A stretch of 64,000 bases of DNA, taken from the NCBI GenBank assembly GCA_963678885.2, contig CAXXFG010000006.1, positions 6,344 to 70,343 on the forward strand, written 5' to 3'. Below, in pieces: positions 18,901 to 27,005 of the stretch. The notes beneath the pieces were generated by a model. That model searched no databases. It saw only the letters and a program-made list of their open reading frames with translations, and was not told the DNA's origin. Both the position numbers and the translations under genes were made by a program. This DNA comes from Desulfobacterales bacterium (GTDB taxonomy: Bacteria > Desulfobacterota > Desulfobacteria > Desulfobacterales > JAFDDL01). Position 1 is the stretch's first letter; each line of letters begins with the position of its first letter.

Positions 18901-19155
18901 GCCATCACCGAAGGGGCGGGCAAGGTCCGGCATGCCTTACGGTTGCGGCCGTGGACCATTGCCGCGGCCGGATTGGGAATGGCGGTTTCGGCCGGGGTGC
19001 CGGCGCTGGTTGTTTCCCGGCCGTTTCTGACCGGCCTGTGGTGGGATTTGGGCCGGGGGCCGGCCGCCGGCACGCCGTTGTTGTTCGATGCCGGCGTTTT
19101 TCTGGCCGTCTTCGGCGCCCTGACGGGCTTCCTGCTGGCCCTGGAGGAGAATTGA
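15982..19155 (+). CDS. mrpA: Mrp-type cation/proton antiporter subunit A fused to subunit B (group-2 MrpA'), with an extra ~170-aa N-terminal domain
   Basis: 1,057 aa. From about aa 175 it reads like MrpA/NuoL ([75 protein letters not shown]). The MrpB-like part near the C-terminus has [24 protein letters not shown] lies 12 nt before ATG 15982. Confidence 0.85.
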   Translation: [1057 protein letters not shown]

Positions 19156-19156
19156 G

Positions 19157-19564
19157 ATGGAAAGCGTACTGGCCTGCCTGGTGGGGTTTATGTTCGCCGC
19201 CGCTTTGTACCTGATGCTTTCCGGGATGCTGGTCCGGTTCGTTTTCGGACTTGCCCTTATGGGCAACGCCGTGAATCTGCTGCTGTTCACCGCCGGGCGG
19301 TTGACCCACCGGCAGCCGCCGCTGATCGCCGAAGGCCGGTCCGTCCTAAGCGGCCCCGCCGCCAATGCACTGCCCCAGGCCCTTGTGCTGACCGCCATTG
19401 TCATCGGATTTGCCATGGTGGCGTTTCTGCTGGTGCTGCTGTACCGAACTTACGTGCGCACGGGCACCCTGGATGCCGGCGCCCGGGTCTTTCTGGAAGA
19501 GGCCACGGCGCATGCGCCCGAAGCGAAGCGGGAAGCCCCGCCGGATGGAGACAGGAGATCATGA
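19157..19564 (+). CDS. mrpC: Mrp antiporter subunit C (NuoK-like)
   Basis: 135 aa, starting 1 nt after the mrpA stop. Hydrophobic, with LALMGNAVNLLLFTAG, typical of MnhC/NuoK. Confidence 0.8.
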   Translation: MESVLACLVGFMFAAALYLMLSGMLVRFVFGLALMGNAVNLLLFTAGRLTHRQPPLIAEGRSVLSGPAANALPQALVLTAIVIGFAMVAFLLVLLYRTYVRTGTLDAGARVFLEEATAHAPEAKREAPPDGDRRS

Positions 19565-21063
19565 CCGTCCTGCCGGCGCTTCCCATTTTGCTGCCACTGG
19601 CCACGGCCGTCGTCAGCCTTCTTCTATGGTCGCACCGGCGCGGTATCCGCTGCATTGCCCTGGCGGGCGCCGTTGTGCAGCTGGTCGCGGCCGTGTGGCT
19701 GATGCACGCTGTCATGGAAAGCGCGGTGTTGGTGGTGTGGGCCGGCGACTGGCCGGCGCCTTTCGGCATCTGCCTGGTGGCCGACTACCTAAGCGCCGTG
19801 CTGGTGCTGATCACTGCCGTCATCCACGCCGCCGTCGTTGTCTACGCGCACCGGGACATCGACGCCCGGCAGGTGGCCGCCGGTTTCCATCCGATACTGC
19901 AATTGCTTACCGCCGCCGTTTACGGCGCGTTTTTGACCGGGGATCTGTTCAACCTGTATGTCTGGTTCGAAGTGATGGTCATGGCGTCGTTCGGATTGCT
20001 GGTCATGGGTAAGGGCGGGGGGCGCAGCCCGCATACGGGGGCTGTGAAGTATGTCACCATCAACCTGATTGCCACGGTTTTCTTCATCACCGCCATCGGG
20101 CTGATCTACGGCCTGACCGGCACCCTCAACATGGCCGACCTGCACGCCAAGGCGGCGGCCGTGGAAAACACCGCGCTGGTGACGGCCGCCGCCATGTTGC
20201 TGATGACGGCCTTCGGCATCAAGGCGGCCTTGTTCCCGCTGTTCTTCTGGCTGCCGGCAGCCTATCACACCCTGCCGGTCTGCGTGTCGGCCTTTTTTGC
20301 CGGCCTGCTCAGCAAGGTCGGGGTGTATGCCTTGATCCGCATGTTCACGCTTGTTTTCACGAACGACACGGGTGTCACCCACACGGCCTTGCTGGTGATC
20401 GCTGTTGTGACCATGGTGTGCGGTGTGTTGGGAGCGGCGGTTCAGATGGATGTCCGACGGATCCTCTCCTTCCACATCATCAGCCAGGTGGGGTATATGG
20501 TGCTGGGGCTTGCGCTGTTCACGCCCCTGGCCCTGACCGGCGCCATTGTCTACCTGGTGCACCACATCATCGTCAAAGCCAATCTTTTTTTGGTGGGGGG
20601 GGTGATCAACCGGAGCGGCGGGGGGTTCCACCTCGACAGCGTGGGCGGGCTCTATCAAACACACGGGCTTGTCTCCCTTGGGTTTTTCATTCCCGCCTTC
20701 GCCCTGGCAGGTTTCCCGCCCCTGTCCGGGTTCTGGGCCAAATTGCTGGTCATTCGGGCCGGCATCGAGCACCAGGCCTATATCCCGGCGGTTGCGGCGG
20801 CGGGGGTGGGGCTGTTGACGGTTTTTTCCATGGTGAAAATCTGGTCCGAAGCCTTCTGGAAGCCATCGCCATCCCCTTCCTCCGGGAAAACCCCGGTATC
20901 GGCCTGGCTGCTGGCGCCGGTTCTGGTTCTGGGGTTTTTGACGGTGATGATGGGGCTGTTGATGGAACCGGTGATCCGCTTCGCAGCGGTGGCCGCGGAA
21001 CAGCTGCTGGATCCCCATGCATACATTCTTGCCGTACTGGGGGGCGCGCCATGCGGTTATTGA
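19561..21063 (+). CDS. mrpD: Mrp antiporter subunit D (NuoM/N-like)
   Basis: 500 aa with a 4-bp overlap with mrpC. It is a polytopic membrane protein with a proton-pump-type core (FNLYVWFEVMVMASFGLL, KAALFPLFFWLPAAY). Confidence 0.85.
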   Translation: MTVLPALPILLPLATAVVSLLLWSHRRGIRCIALAGAVVQLVAAVWLMHAVMESAVLVVWAGDWPAPFGICLVADYLSAVLVLITAVIHAAVVVYAHRDIDARQVAAGFHPILQLLTAAVYGAFLTGDLFNLYVWFEVMVMASFGLLVMGKGGGRSPHTGAVKYVTINLIATVFFITAIGLIYGLTGTLNMADLHAKAAAVENTALVTAAAMLLMTAFGIKAALFPLFFWLPAAYHTLPVCVSAFFAGLLSKVGVYALIRMFTLVFTNDTGVTHTALLVIAVVTMVCGVLGAAVQMDVRRILSFHIISQVGYMVLGLALFTPLALTGAIVYLVHHIIVKANLFLVGGVINRSGGGFHLDSVGGLYQTHGLVSLGFFIPAFALAGFPPLSGFWAKLLVIRAGIEHQAYIPAVAAAGVGLLTVFSMVKIWSEAFWKPSPSPSSGKTPVSAWLLAPVLVLGFLTVMMGLLMEPVIRFAAVAAEQLLDPHAYILAVLGGAPCGY

Positions 21064-21527
21064 TGCTAAACGCCGTGCTGGCCGCCGTTTTCACCGTCTT
21101 GTTGGGCAGCGGGCGGATCCATACGTTCGTGCTGGGGTTTGTTTTGGGGTATGCGGCCCTGTGGCTGTCCCAGCCCCTTTACCGGCGCACCGGTTATTTC
21201 CAAAAAGTGGCGCAAGGTGTCAACCTGGCCGGCTTCTTTTTAAAGGAACTGGTGATGAGCAATCTGCGTGTTTTGTGGGATGTGCTCACGCCGGGACACA
21301 TCAACCGCCCCGGCATCATCGGTGTTCCCCTGGACGCTGAAACCGATTTGGAGATTTTTGTGGTCGCCAACCTCATTTCACTGACGCCCGGCACCCTCAG
21401 CGTGGATCTTTCCGAAGACCGCCGCACCCTGTTTGTTCACGTGATGTTCCTCGACAACGTGGCCCACGCCCGTGCCGGTATCAAAAACGGCCTGGAGCGG
21501 CGGGTCCTGGAGGTAATGCGCGCATGA
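21051..21527 (+). CDS. mrpE: Mrp antiporter subunit E
   Basis: The internal ATG at 21051 (MRLLMLNAVLAAVFTVLLG) lies within ORF 20418..21527 and overlaps the mrpD end. About 158 aa, the usual MnhE size and position. The upstream part of the long ORF overlaps mrpD in another frame. Confidence 0.7.
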   Translation: MRLLMLNAVLAAVFTVLLGSGRIHTFVLGFVLGYAALWLSQPLYRRTGYFQKVAQGVNLAGFFLKELVMSNLRVLWDVLTPGHINRPGIIGVPLDAETDLEIFVVANLISLTPGTLSVDLSEDRRTLFVHVMFLDNVAHARAGIKNGLERRVLEVMRA

Positions 21528-21841
21528 TGCCCACCGATTTTTTCCAGGCGGCGGGGCAGGCAGCCATCGGCCTGATTCTGGCGGGCATGCTTCTGGTGCT
21601 GTGGCGTCTGGCCAAGGGGCCGACGGCTGCAGACCGCGTCATCGCCCTGGACCTGCTGTCCGTATTAGTGGTGGGGTTTCTGGTTTCCGTATCCGTCCTG
21701 ACCAGCGAAACCAGCTACCTGGACGTGGCCATTGCGTATGCCTGTATCGCTTTTCTGGGAACCATCGCCCTGGCGCGCTTGATTTTGCGGGCGGCGCAGA
21801 AAGAGAACCCGTCGGTCAGGGGGGAGGTGAGGGATGATTGA
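21524..21841 (+). CDS. mrpF: Mrp antiporter subunit F
   Basis: 105 aa with a 4-bp overlap with mrpE. Contains LWRLAKGPTAADRVIALDLL, typical of MnhF. Confidence 0.8.
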   Translation: MMPTDFFQAAGQAAIGLILAGMLLVLWRLAKGPTAADRVIALDLLSVLVVGFLVSVSVLTSETSYLDVAIAYACIAFLGTIALARLILRAAQKENPSVRGEVRDD

Positions 21842-22190
21842 ATATCTGGCGGGCGTTCTGATGCTGGCGGGCGGTTTTTTCTGCCTTGTGGCCGCCGTGG
21901 GGTTGGTGCGTCTGCCCGACGTTCTGACACGCATGCACGCCGCCACCAAAGCCGGTACCTTGGGGGCGGGGTTGCTGGTTGTCGCCGAAGTCGTGTATTA
22001 CCAGAAGCTGGGTGTCTCCCTCCGGGCCGCCACGGTTATCGCCCTGTTGTTTCTGACCGCTCCGGTGGCCGCCCACCTGGTCGGCCGCGCGGCGTACCGC
22101 AGCGGTGTCGTACTGTCCGAACGCACCTGGGTGGACGCGTTGAAGGGGGAAACCCGTGCCGGTTCTTTTCGCGGGCGAAAAGACGCTTGA
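21834..22190 (+). CDS. mrpG: Mrp antiporter subunit G
   Basis: 118 aa overlapping mrpF. Contains GLVRLPDVLTRMHAATKAGTLG, typical of MnhG. Confidence 0.8.
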   Translation: MIEYLAGVLMLAGGFFCLVAAVGLVRLPDVLTRMHAATKAGTLGAGLLVVAEVVYYQKLGVSLRAATVIALLFLTAPVAAHLVGRAAYRSGVVLSERTWVDALKGETRAGSFRGRKDA

Positions 22191-22222
22191 GCGGCCGCAT
22201 TGCGGGGCGCGGTCCGGTGAGC

Positions 22223-22462
22223 TTATAAATTTCGCAGGGGCTTGAAAAGATATTCCAGGCCGTTGACTTTGATGTCGTACACCATCTGCAGCTGGTTTCC
22301 CAGGTGCCCGCCCGGAAACCCTTTGTTGGCGAGCCATACCACATAAGGTTCCGGCAGGTCGATCAGGCGGCGCCCCTTGTATTTTCCGAACGGCATCCGG
22401 GCGCCTGCCAGTTCGAGCAGCACTTCCGGATCCGGTTGACATGGGGTTTTCTTTTGATGCAT
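22223..22462 (-). CDS. DUF3820-family small protein
   Basis: 79 aa with MPFGKYKGRRLIDLPEPYVVWLANKGFPGGHLGNQL, matching my recollection of DUF3820 proteins. Convergent with mrpG. Confidence 0.65.
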   Translation of the reverse strand: MHQKKTPCQPDPEVLLELAGARMPFGKYKGRRLIDLPEPYVVWLANKGFPGGHLGNQLQMVYDIKVNGLEYLFKPLRNL

Positions 22463-22559
22463 TCCATTCTCTTTCCGTGAAAACGAACAACCGGCTTTTG
22501 CGTTTGCCCGCCGATGGTTGGGGACGCCGTGACTTTTTATGCCCCAGGGCTTCGGGCGG

Positions 22560-24284
22560 CTAACTTCCTGTGGCCGGCAACCCTCGCACCCGGCCGTGGC
22601 CGTATACCCGCCGGAGGGTCAAAAGTGCTTCGGCCACCATCCAACCTTCCAGCAGCACGGTGGCTGTCCCCAGGGAAAACAGCAGCCATTGCTCTTTTTC
22701 CAGGTAACCGGCCAGGTTGATGCGCATGGCCCAACCGGTTACGGCAAGCATAAACAGCATGGGCACGGCGGTGTATACCAGCGGAGCCTTGCGCCGGGCA
22801 AGATATAAAGTGGCCACCAGCAGGGCCAGGCCGGCCAGCAACTGGTTGGTGGCGCCGAACAGGGGCCAGAGGGTGAGCGCTCCTTTTCCGGAACCGTTGT
22901 AAAAGGCGAGCGCAAGGGCGGAGCCAACGGCGATGAGGGTGGCCGGGTGTTTCCGGGACAGGCGCGGCAGCCGACAGGCAATGGCCAGTTCGGACACGAT
23001 GTAGCGCTGGAGACGCGTTGCCGTATCGATGGTGGTGGCGGCGAAGGACGCAACAAAGACCCCCATGAGGCAGAGAGTGATCCTGGGCGGTATTCCGAGC
23101 GCCTGGATCATGTTGCCGGCGCCCACCACGAAGGCGTTGAGTTTCGAGGCCAGCCCCGCGGCCGCCGCCCAGCTGCCGTAATGTGCCGTGAACGCTTCCG
23201 TTCCCGTCAGCCATTGCCCGCCGGCGGGGGTGCCCATGCCGATTCCCGCGCCGCAGGCAATGAGAACAAACACCGCCAGCATTCCTTCCAGCAGCATGCC
23301 GCCGTACCCGATGCCCAGGGCGCTGGTTTCAAGGTCGCACTGCTTGGCGGTCGTTCCCGACGCCACCAGGGCGTGAAACCCCGACACGGCCCCGCAGGCC
23401 ACCACCACAAACAGCATGGGAAACACCGGCGGGGCGCCGGGGACGGTCAATTGGGCCGCCGGTGCCACCATCACCGGCCGGGCCACGATGACGCCCAGCG
23501 CCAGCAGGCCCAGCGCGATGAACAGTTGGTGGGAGTTGATGTAATCCCGCGGTTGCAAGAGGGTTTGTACCGGGAGAGTGGAGGCGATGTAGGCGTAAAC
23601 GAGAAGAAGAATCACCCACAGACCCACGGGACCGACGCCGCCGATGCCGCTGAGTTTGATGGGCAGGTAGGCGCCCACGACAACGGTCAGGTACATGAGC
23701 GCCACGGCGATGAGACTGGCCCACCGGTGGGAGGCGCCCTTCCGGTACACCCGGTGGCCGAGCCACACGGCGATGGGAAGTTCGCACCAGACCGGCAGTA
23801 CGGATTGGGGGAACATGTCGAACACGACGGCGATGACCACACCGAAGATGGCCACCACAATCAGCAGCAGGAAAAAGATGATCAACAAGAACAGGAGGCG
23901 GGCCCGGGGGGAGATCAGATCCGCCGCCACGTCCCCGATGCTGCGGCCTTGGCTGCGTAGGGACACCACCATGGCCCCCAGGTCGTGCACCGCGCCCATG
24001 AACACCGACCCCGCAAGGATCCAGACAAGGGCGGGCACCCAGCCCCAGATGACGGCCACGGCGGGTCCCACGATGGGGCCGGTGCCCGCAATGGAGGTGA
24101 AGTGATGACCGAAGAGGATGGACGGCCGGGTCGCGACATAATCGGTGCCGTCGGCCAGTGTCTTGCTGGGACAGGCGGTCGATGCCGTGAGTCGGAACAG
24201 GCGGCGGCCCAGAAATTTTCCGTAGGTGTGATAGGCGGCAAGGTACAGCAGGGCGGACCCCACAACCAGCGTCAATGCGTTCAT
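22560..24284 (-). CDS. cstA: Carbon starvation protein A (peptide/pyruvate transporter family)
   Basis: The ORF runs 22560..24314; the likely start is the internal Met (MNALTLVVGSALLYLAAYHTYGKFLG). Contains FGHHFTSIAGTGPIVGPA and many TM segments, typical of CstA. Confidence 0.85.
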   Translation of the reverse strand: MNALTLVVGSALLYLAAYHTYGKFLGRRLFRLTASTACPSKTLADGTDYVATRPSILFGHHFTSIAGTGPIVGPAVAVIWGWVPALVWILAGSVFMGAVHDLGAMVVSLRSQGRSIGDVAADLISPRARLLFLLIIFFLLLIVVAIFGVVIAVVFDMFPQSVLPVWCELPIAVWLGHRVYRKGASHRWASLIAVALMYLTVVVGAYLPIKLSGIGGVGPVGLWVILLLVYAYIASTLPVQTLLQPRDYINSHQLFIALGLLALGVIVARPVMVAPAAQLTVPGAPPVFPMLFVVVACGAVSGFHALVASGTTAKQCDLETSALGIGYGGMLLEGMLAVFVLIACGAGIGMGTPAGGQWLTGTEAFTAHYGSWAAAAGLASKLNAFVVGAGNMIQALGIPPRITLCLMGVFVASFAATTIDTATRLQRYIVSELAIACRLPRLSRKHPATLIAVGSALALAFYNGSGKGALTLWPLFGATNQLLAGLALLVATLYLARRKAPLVYTAVPMLFMLAVTGWAMRINLAGYLEKEQWLLFSLGTATVLLEGWMVAEALLTLRRVYGHGRVRGLPATGS

Positions 24285-24565
24285 GGCACACTCCCTTGAT
24301 TGTCCGTGGTCCATGCTTACCGGGTTCGTCCTGATTTTTCAAGACCGGAGCGGCGGCCGCAAAACGGTCTGCCGGAGGTCCGCACCCATCTCGGCCGTTT
24401 TCCCGCGTTGGCCGAAGGGAAGCATTTTCAAATGGGCCCCGGTGGATTGGCTCTTGATTCACGGCTTCTTATTGCATATGGTTCTCAATAGCATCGGCCG
24501 CAGCCGGCCGGTGGGATGTATTTGAACGGGAATGACACCCCACGGTGGGTGAAGGAGGTTTTGTG

Positions 24566-26512
24566 ATGACAACATGCCAGGTGCGTTTTCTGCCGCATGA
24601 AAAGGTGATTTCGGTCCCCAAGGGGGAAAATTTGATACGGGCCGCCATGGAGGCGGGGGTGCATGTGAATGCATCCTGCGGCGGCGAGGGGGTTTGCGGC
24701 AAATGCCGGGTGATCATTGAAAAGGGTCTGGTGGAAGGGGGCCTCGGCGCCCAGCTGTCCCGGGAGGATATTGAAAAGGGTTACCGGCTGGCCTGCCGCG
24801 CCACGGTGGCCGGGGACATAACGGTCCGGGTGCCCGTGGAGTCCGAAGTCGATGCCCGGGTGCTGAACCTTCCCAGGAAAACCGCCAGAATACGGCAGAT
24901 GGACTTTGACACGCTCAAGGAGCAGGGGCTGTTTGTTCCGCCCGTTGAAAAGATGTACCTGGAACTGTCCCCGCCCACCATCCAGGACAACCAGTCGGAC
25001 ATCACCCGGGTGGTGAACCACCTGCGGATCCACCACGACGAGCACCGGCTGGAGGTGGATTTGCGGGTCATCCGCCTGATCGGCGCCGTGCTGCGGGAAG
25101 GGGGATTCAAGGTGACGGTCACCATGGCCCGGCCGGTTCGGGAAAAGGGCCGGACGCGCCTGATCAACGTGCAGCCGGGGGATACCACGGCCCGAAACTA
25201 CGCGGTGGCCATGGACATCGGCACCACCACCATTTACGGCCAGTTGATCGACCTGGTGTCCGGAGAGGCGCTGGCCGAATATGGTGATTTCAACAGTCAG
25301 ATCAGTTACGGCGAGGACGTGATCAGCCGGATGGTTTTTTCGGAAAAGGGCGATGGCCTGGAGGTACTGAACCGGGCGGTGATCGGCACCATCAACAAGG
25401 TGCTGGGGAAAATCATCCACAAGGCCAAGGTGGATTCCGACGAGATTTCCACCATAACCATGGCGGGCAACACCACCATGACCCAGCTGATGCTCAAGAT
25501 CGACACCCACAGCATCCGGCGGGCGCCCTACGTGCCGGCGGCCGCCTTTTATCCGCCCCTTCGGGCCTCGGACCTGGGCATCGCACTGCCCAACCACGTA
25601 ACGGCCCTGGTCTATCCCCAGGTGTCGAGTTACGTGGGCGGAGACATCGTGGCCGGGGTGATGGGCTCGGGCATGTACCGGTCGGAAAAGATCACCCTCT
25701 ACATGGACATCGGTACCAACGCGGAAATCGTGGTGGGCAACAACGACTGGCTGGTGTGCGCGGCCTGCTCCGCCGGCCCCGCCTTTGAAGGGGGCGGCAT
25801 CAAGTTCGGCATGCGGGCTACGGCCGGGGCCATCGAGGATTTCTCCATCGATCCGGTGACCCTGGAACCCATGAACATCACCATCGGCCGGGTGCGGCCC
25901 AAGGGGATCTGCGGCTCGGGGCTTATTACCATGGTGGCCATCCTGTTCGAGGTGGGCGTAATCAACAACCGCGGCAAATTCAATCGGGATCTGGGCACCC
26001 CGCGCATCCGGGAACGCGACGGCATCTGGGAATACGTATTGGCCTGGGCCGACGAGAGCCAGCTCGACCGGGACGTGGCGCTCACCGAACCGGACATCGA
26101 CAACCTGATCCGGGCCAAGGGCGCCATGTACAGCGGATGCCAGACCCTCCTGGAAGAGGTGGGGCTGAAGATGGAAAACATCGATCACATCATCCTGGCC
26201 GGTGGTTTCGGCAGCTTTGTGGACCTGGAGAGAGCCATGACCATTGGTCTGCTGCCGGAAACCGATCCGGACAAGGTCACCTTCATCGGCAACGGCTCCC
26301 TCATGGGGGCACGGATGAGTTCCCTCACCAACCACATCCGGCGGGACGTCACCCAGGTGCGGGAGAGAATGACGAATTTCGAGCTGTCGGAAACCCATTC
26401 CTACATGGACCATTATGTGGGCGCTCTTTTTCTGCCGCACACCGATATCAACCTGTTCCCGCGCCTCAAGGAGCGGTTGGACGCCCGCAAAAAGGCGGCT
26501 GTCCGGTCCTAA
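24566..26512 (+). CDS. acsV: Corrinoid activation/regeneration protein (RACo): 2Fe-2S ferredoxin plus ASKHA ATPase
   Basis: GGAGG lies 8 nt before ATG 24566. The N-terminal plant-type ferredoxin motif is NASCGGEGVCGKCRV. It is followed by the DIGTTT / MDIGTNAE / AGGFG phosphate motifs of ASKHA-fold ATPases. Located at the head of the acs cluster. Confidence 0.8.
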   Translation: MTTCQVRFLPHEKVISVPKGENLIRAAMEAGVHVNASCGGEGVCGKCRVIIEKGLVEGGLGAQLSREDIEKGYRLACRATVAGDITVRVPVESEVDARVLNLPRKTARIRQMDFDTLKEQGLFVPPVEKMYLELSPPTIQDNQSDITRVVNHLRIHHDEHRLEVDLRVIRLIGAVLREGGFKVTVTMARPVREKGRTRLINVQPGDTTARNYAVAMDIGTTTIYGQLIDLVSGEALAEYGDFNSQISYGEDVISRMVFSEKGDGLEVLNRAVIGTINKVLGKIIHKAKVDSDEISTITMAGNTTMTQLMLKIDTHSIRRAPYVPAAAFYPPLRASDLGIALPNHVTALVYPQVSSYVGGDIVAGVMGSGMYRSEKITLYMDIGTNAEIVVGNNDWLVCAACSAGPAFEGGGIKFGMRATAGAIEDFSIDPVTLEPMNITIGRVRPKGICGSGLITMVAILFEVGVINNRGKFNRDLGTPRIRERDGIWEYVLAWADESQLDRDVALTEPDIDNLIRAKGAMYSGCQTLLEEVGLKMENIDHIILAGGFGSFVDLERAMTIGLLPETDPDKVTFIGNGSLMGARMSSLTNHIRRDVTQVRERMTNFELSETHSYMDHYVGALFLPHTDINLFPRLKERLDARKKAAVRS

Positions 26513-27005
26513 AAAGAATGAACCGGATTCATTTTCAATTACAGGGAGGGAACCGCATTTTCCGGACAACGATCCGTATCCGGAGCTGCTTGAAAAATTG
26601 AATAATTCTGAAAATTTGTCTTTTTTCGTCCGGGCGGACTGCTCAACTGTTGACAAAGATATTGGCATCGGTTAGGGAAATAATCTTCGGGAAATATCAT
26701 GTCTGTTTCGCAGGTTGAATCTGCGTGGTAGTTGCATTGAGAAACTCGGGGATCCTGTCATGCCGATGACGCCATTGCTGCTGAAAAGTAATTTTCCGCA
26801 CTGCATTCAAAAGCATTCCGACGCCGAAAAAAACCATTCCGGCCGTTCGGCCGATTCTTCTCGTATTCCCGTTTGTACAAACGCATATCATGGTCTGGGG
26901 GGCGATGATATTATGGCAGGGATCCGCCTCGCGGGCCCCTGCGACACTGGCAGATGAAGGGGTGAACAACGACTTCAATCTGAACCACATCCAAAGGAGG
27001 TAACA

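Noticed and set aside
16053-19416. Numerous 60-260-aa ORFs in alternative frames across mrpA
   Set aside because: They overlap a membrane-protein frame with clear MrpA/MrpB motifs. Their translations are Arg/Pro/Gly-rich and carry no signals.
24485-26668. 727-aa ORF on the minus strand, antisense to acsV
   Set aside because: It lies entirely opposite a + strand ORF with clear ferredoxin and ASKHA motifs. Its translation is Gly/Arg/His/Pro/Val-rich low complexity, typical of antisense frames in GC-rich DNA.
26513-27005. Possible riboswitch or leader in the ~490-nt gap before acsD, and a TTGACA hexamer near 26,650
   Set aside because: I could not recognise any known riboswitch core or a properly spaced -10 element. 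The small ORFs here (26697..26990, 26715..26957) lack signals.
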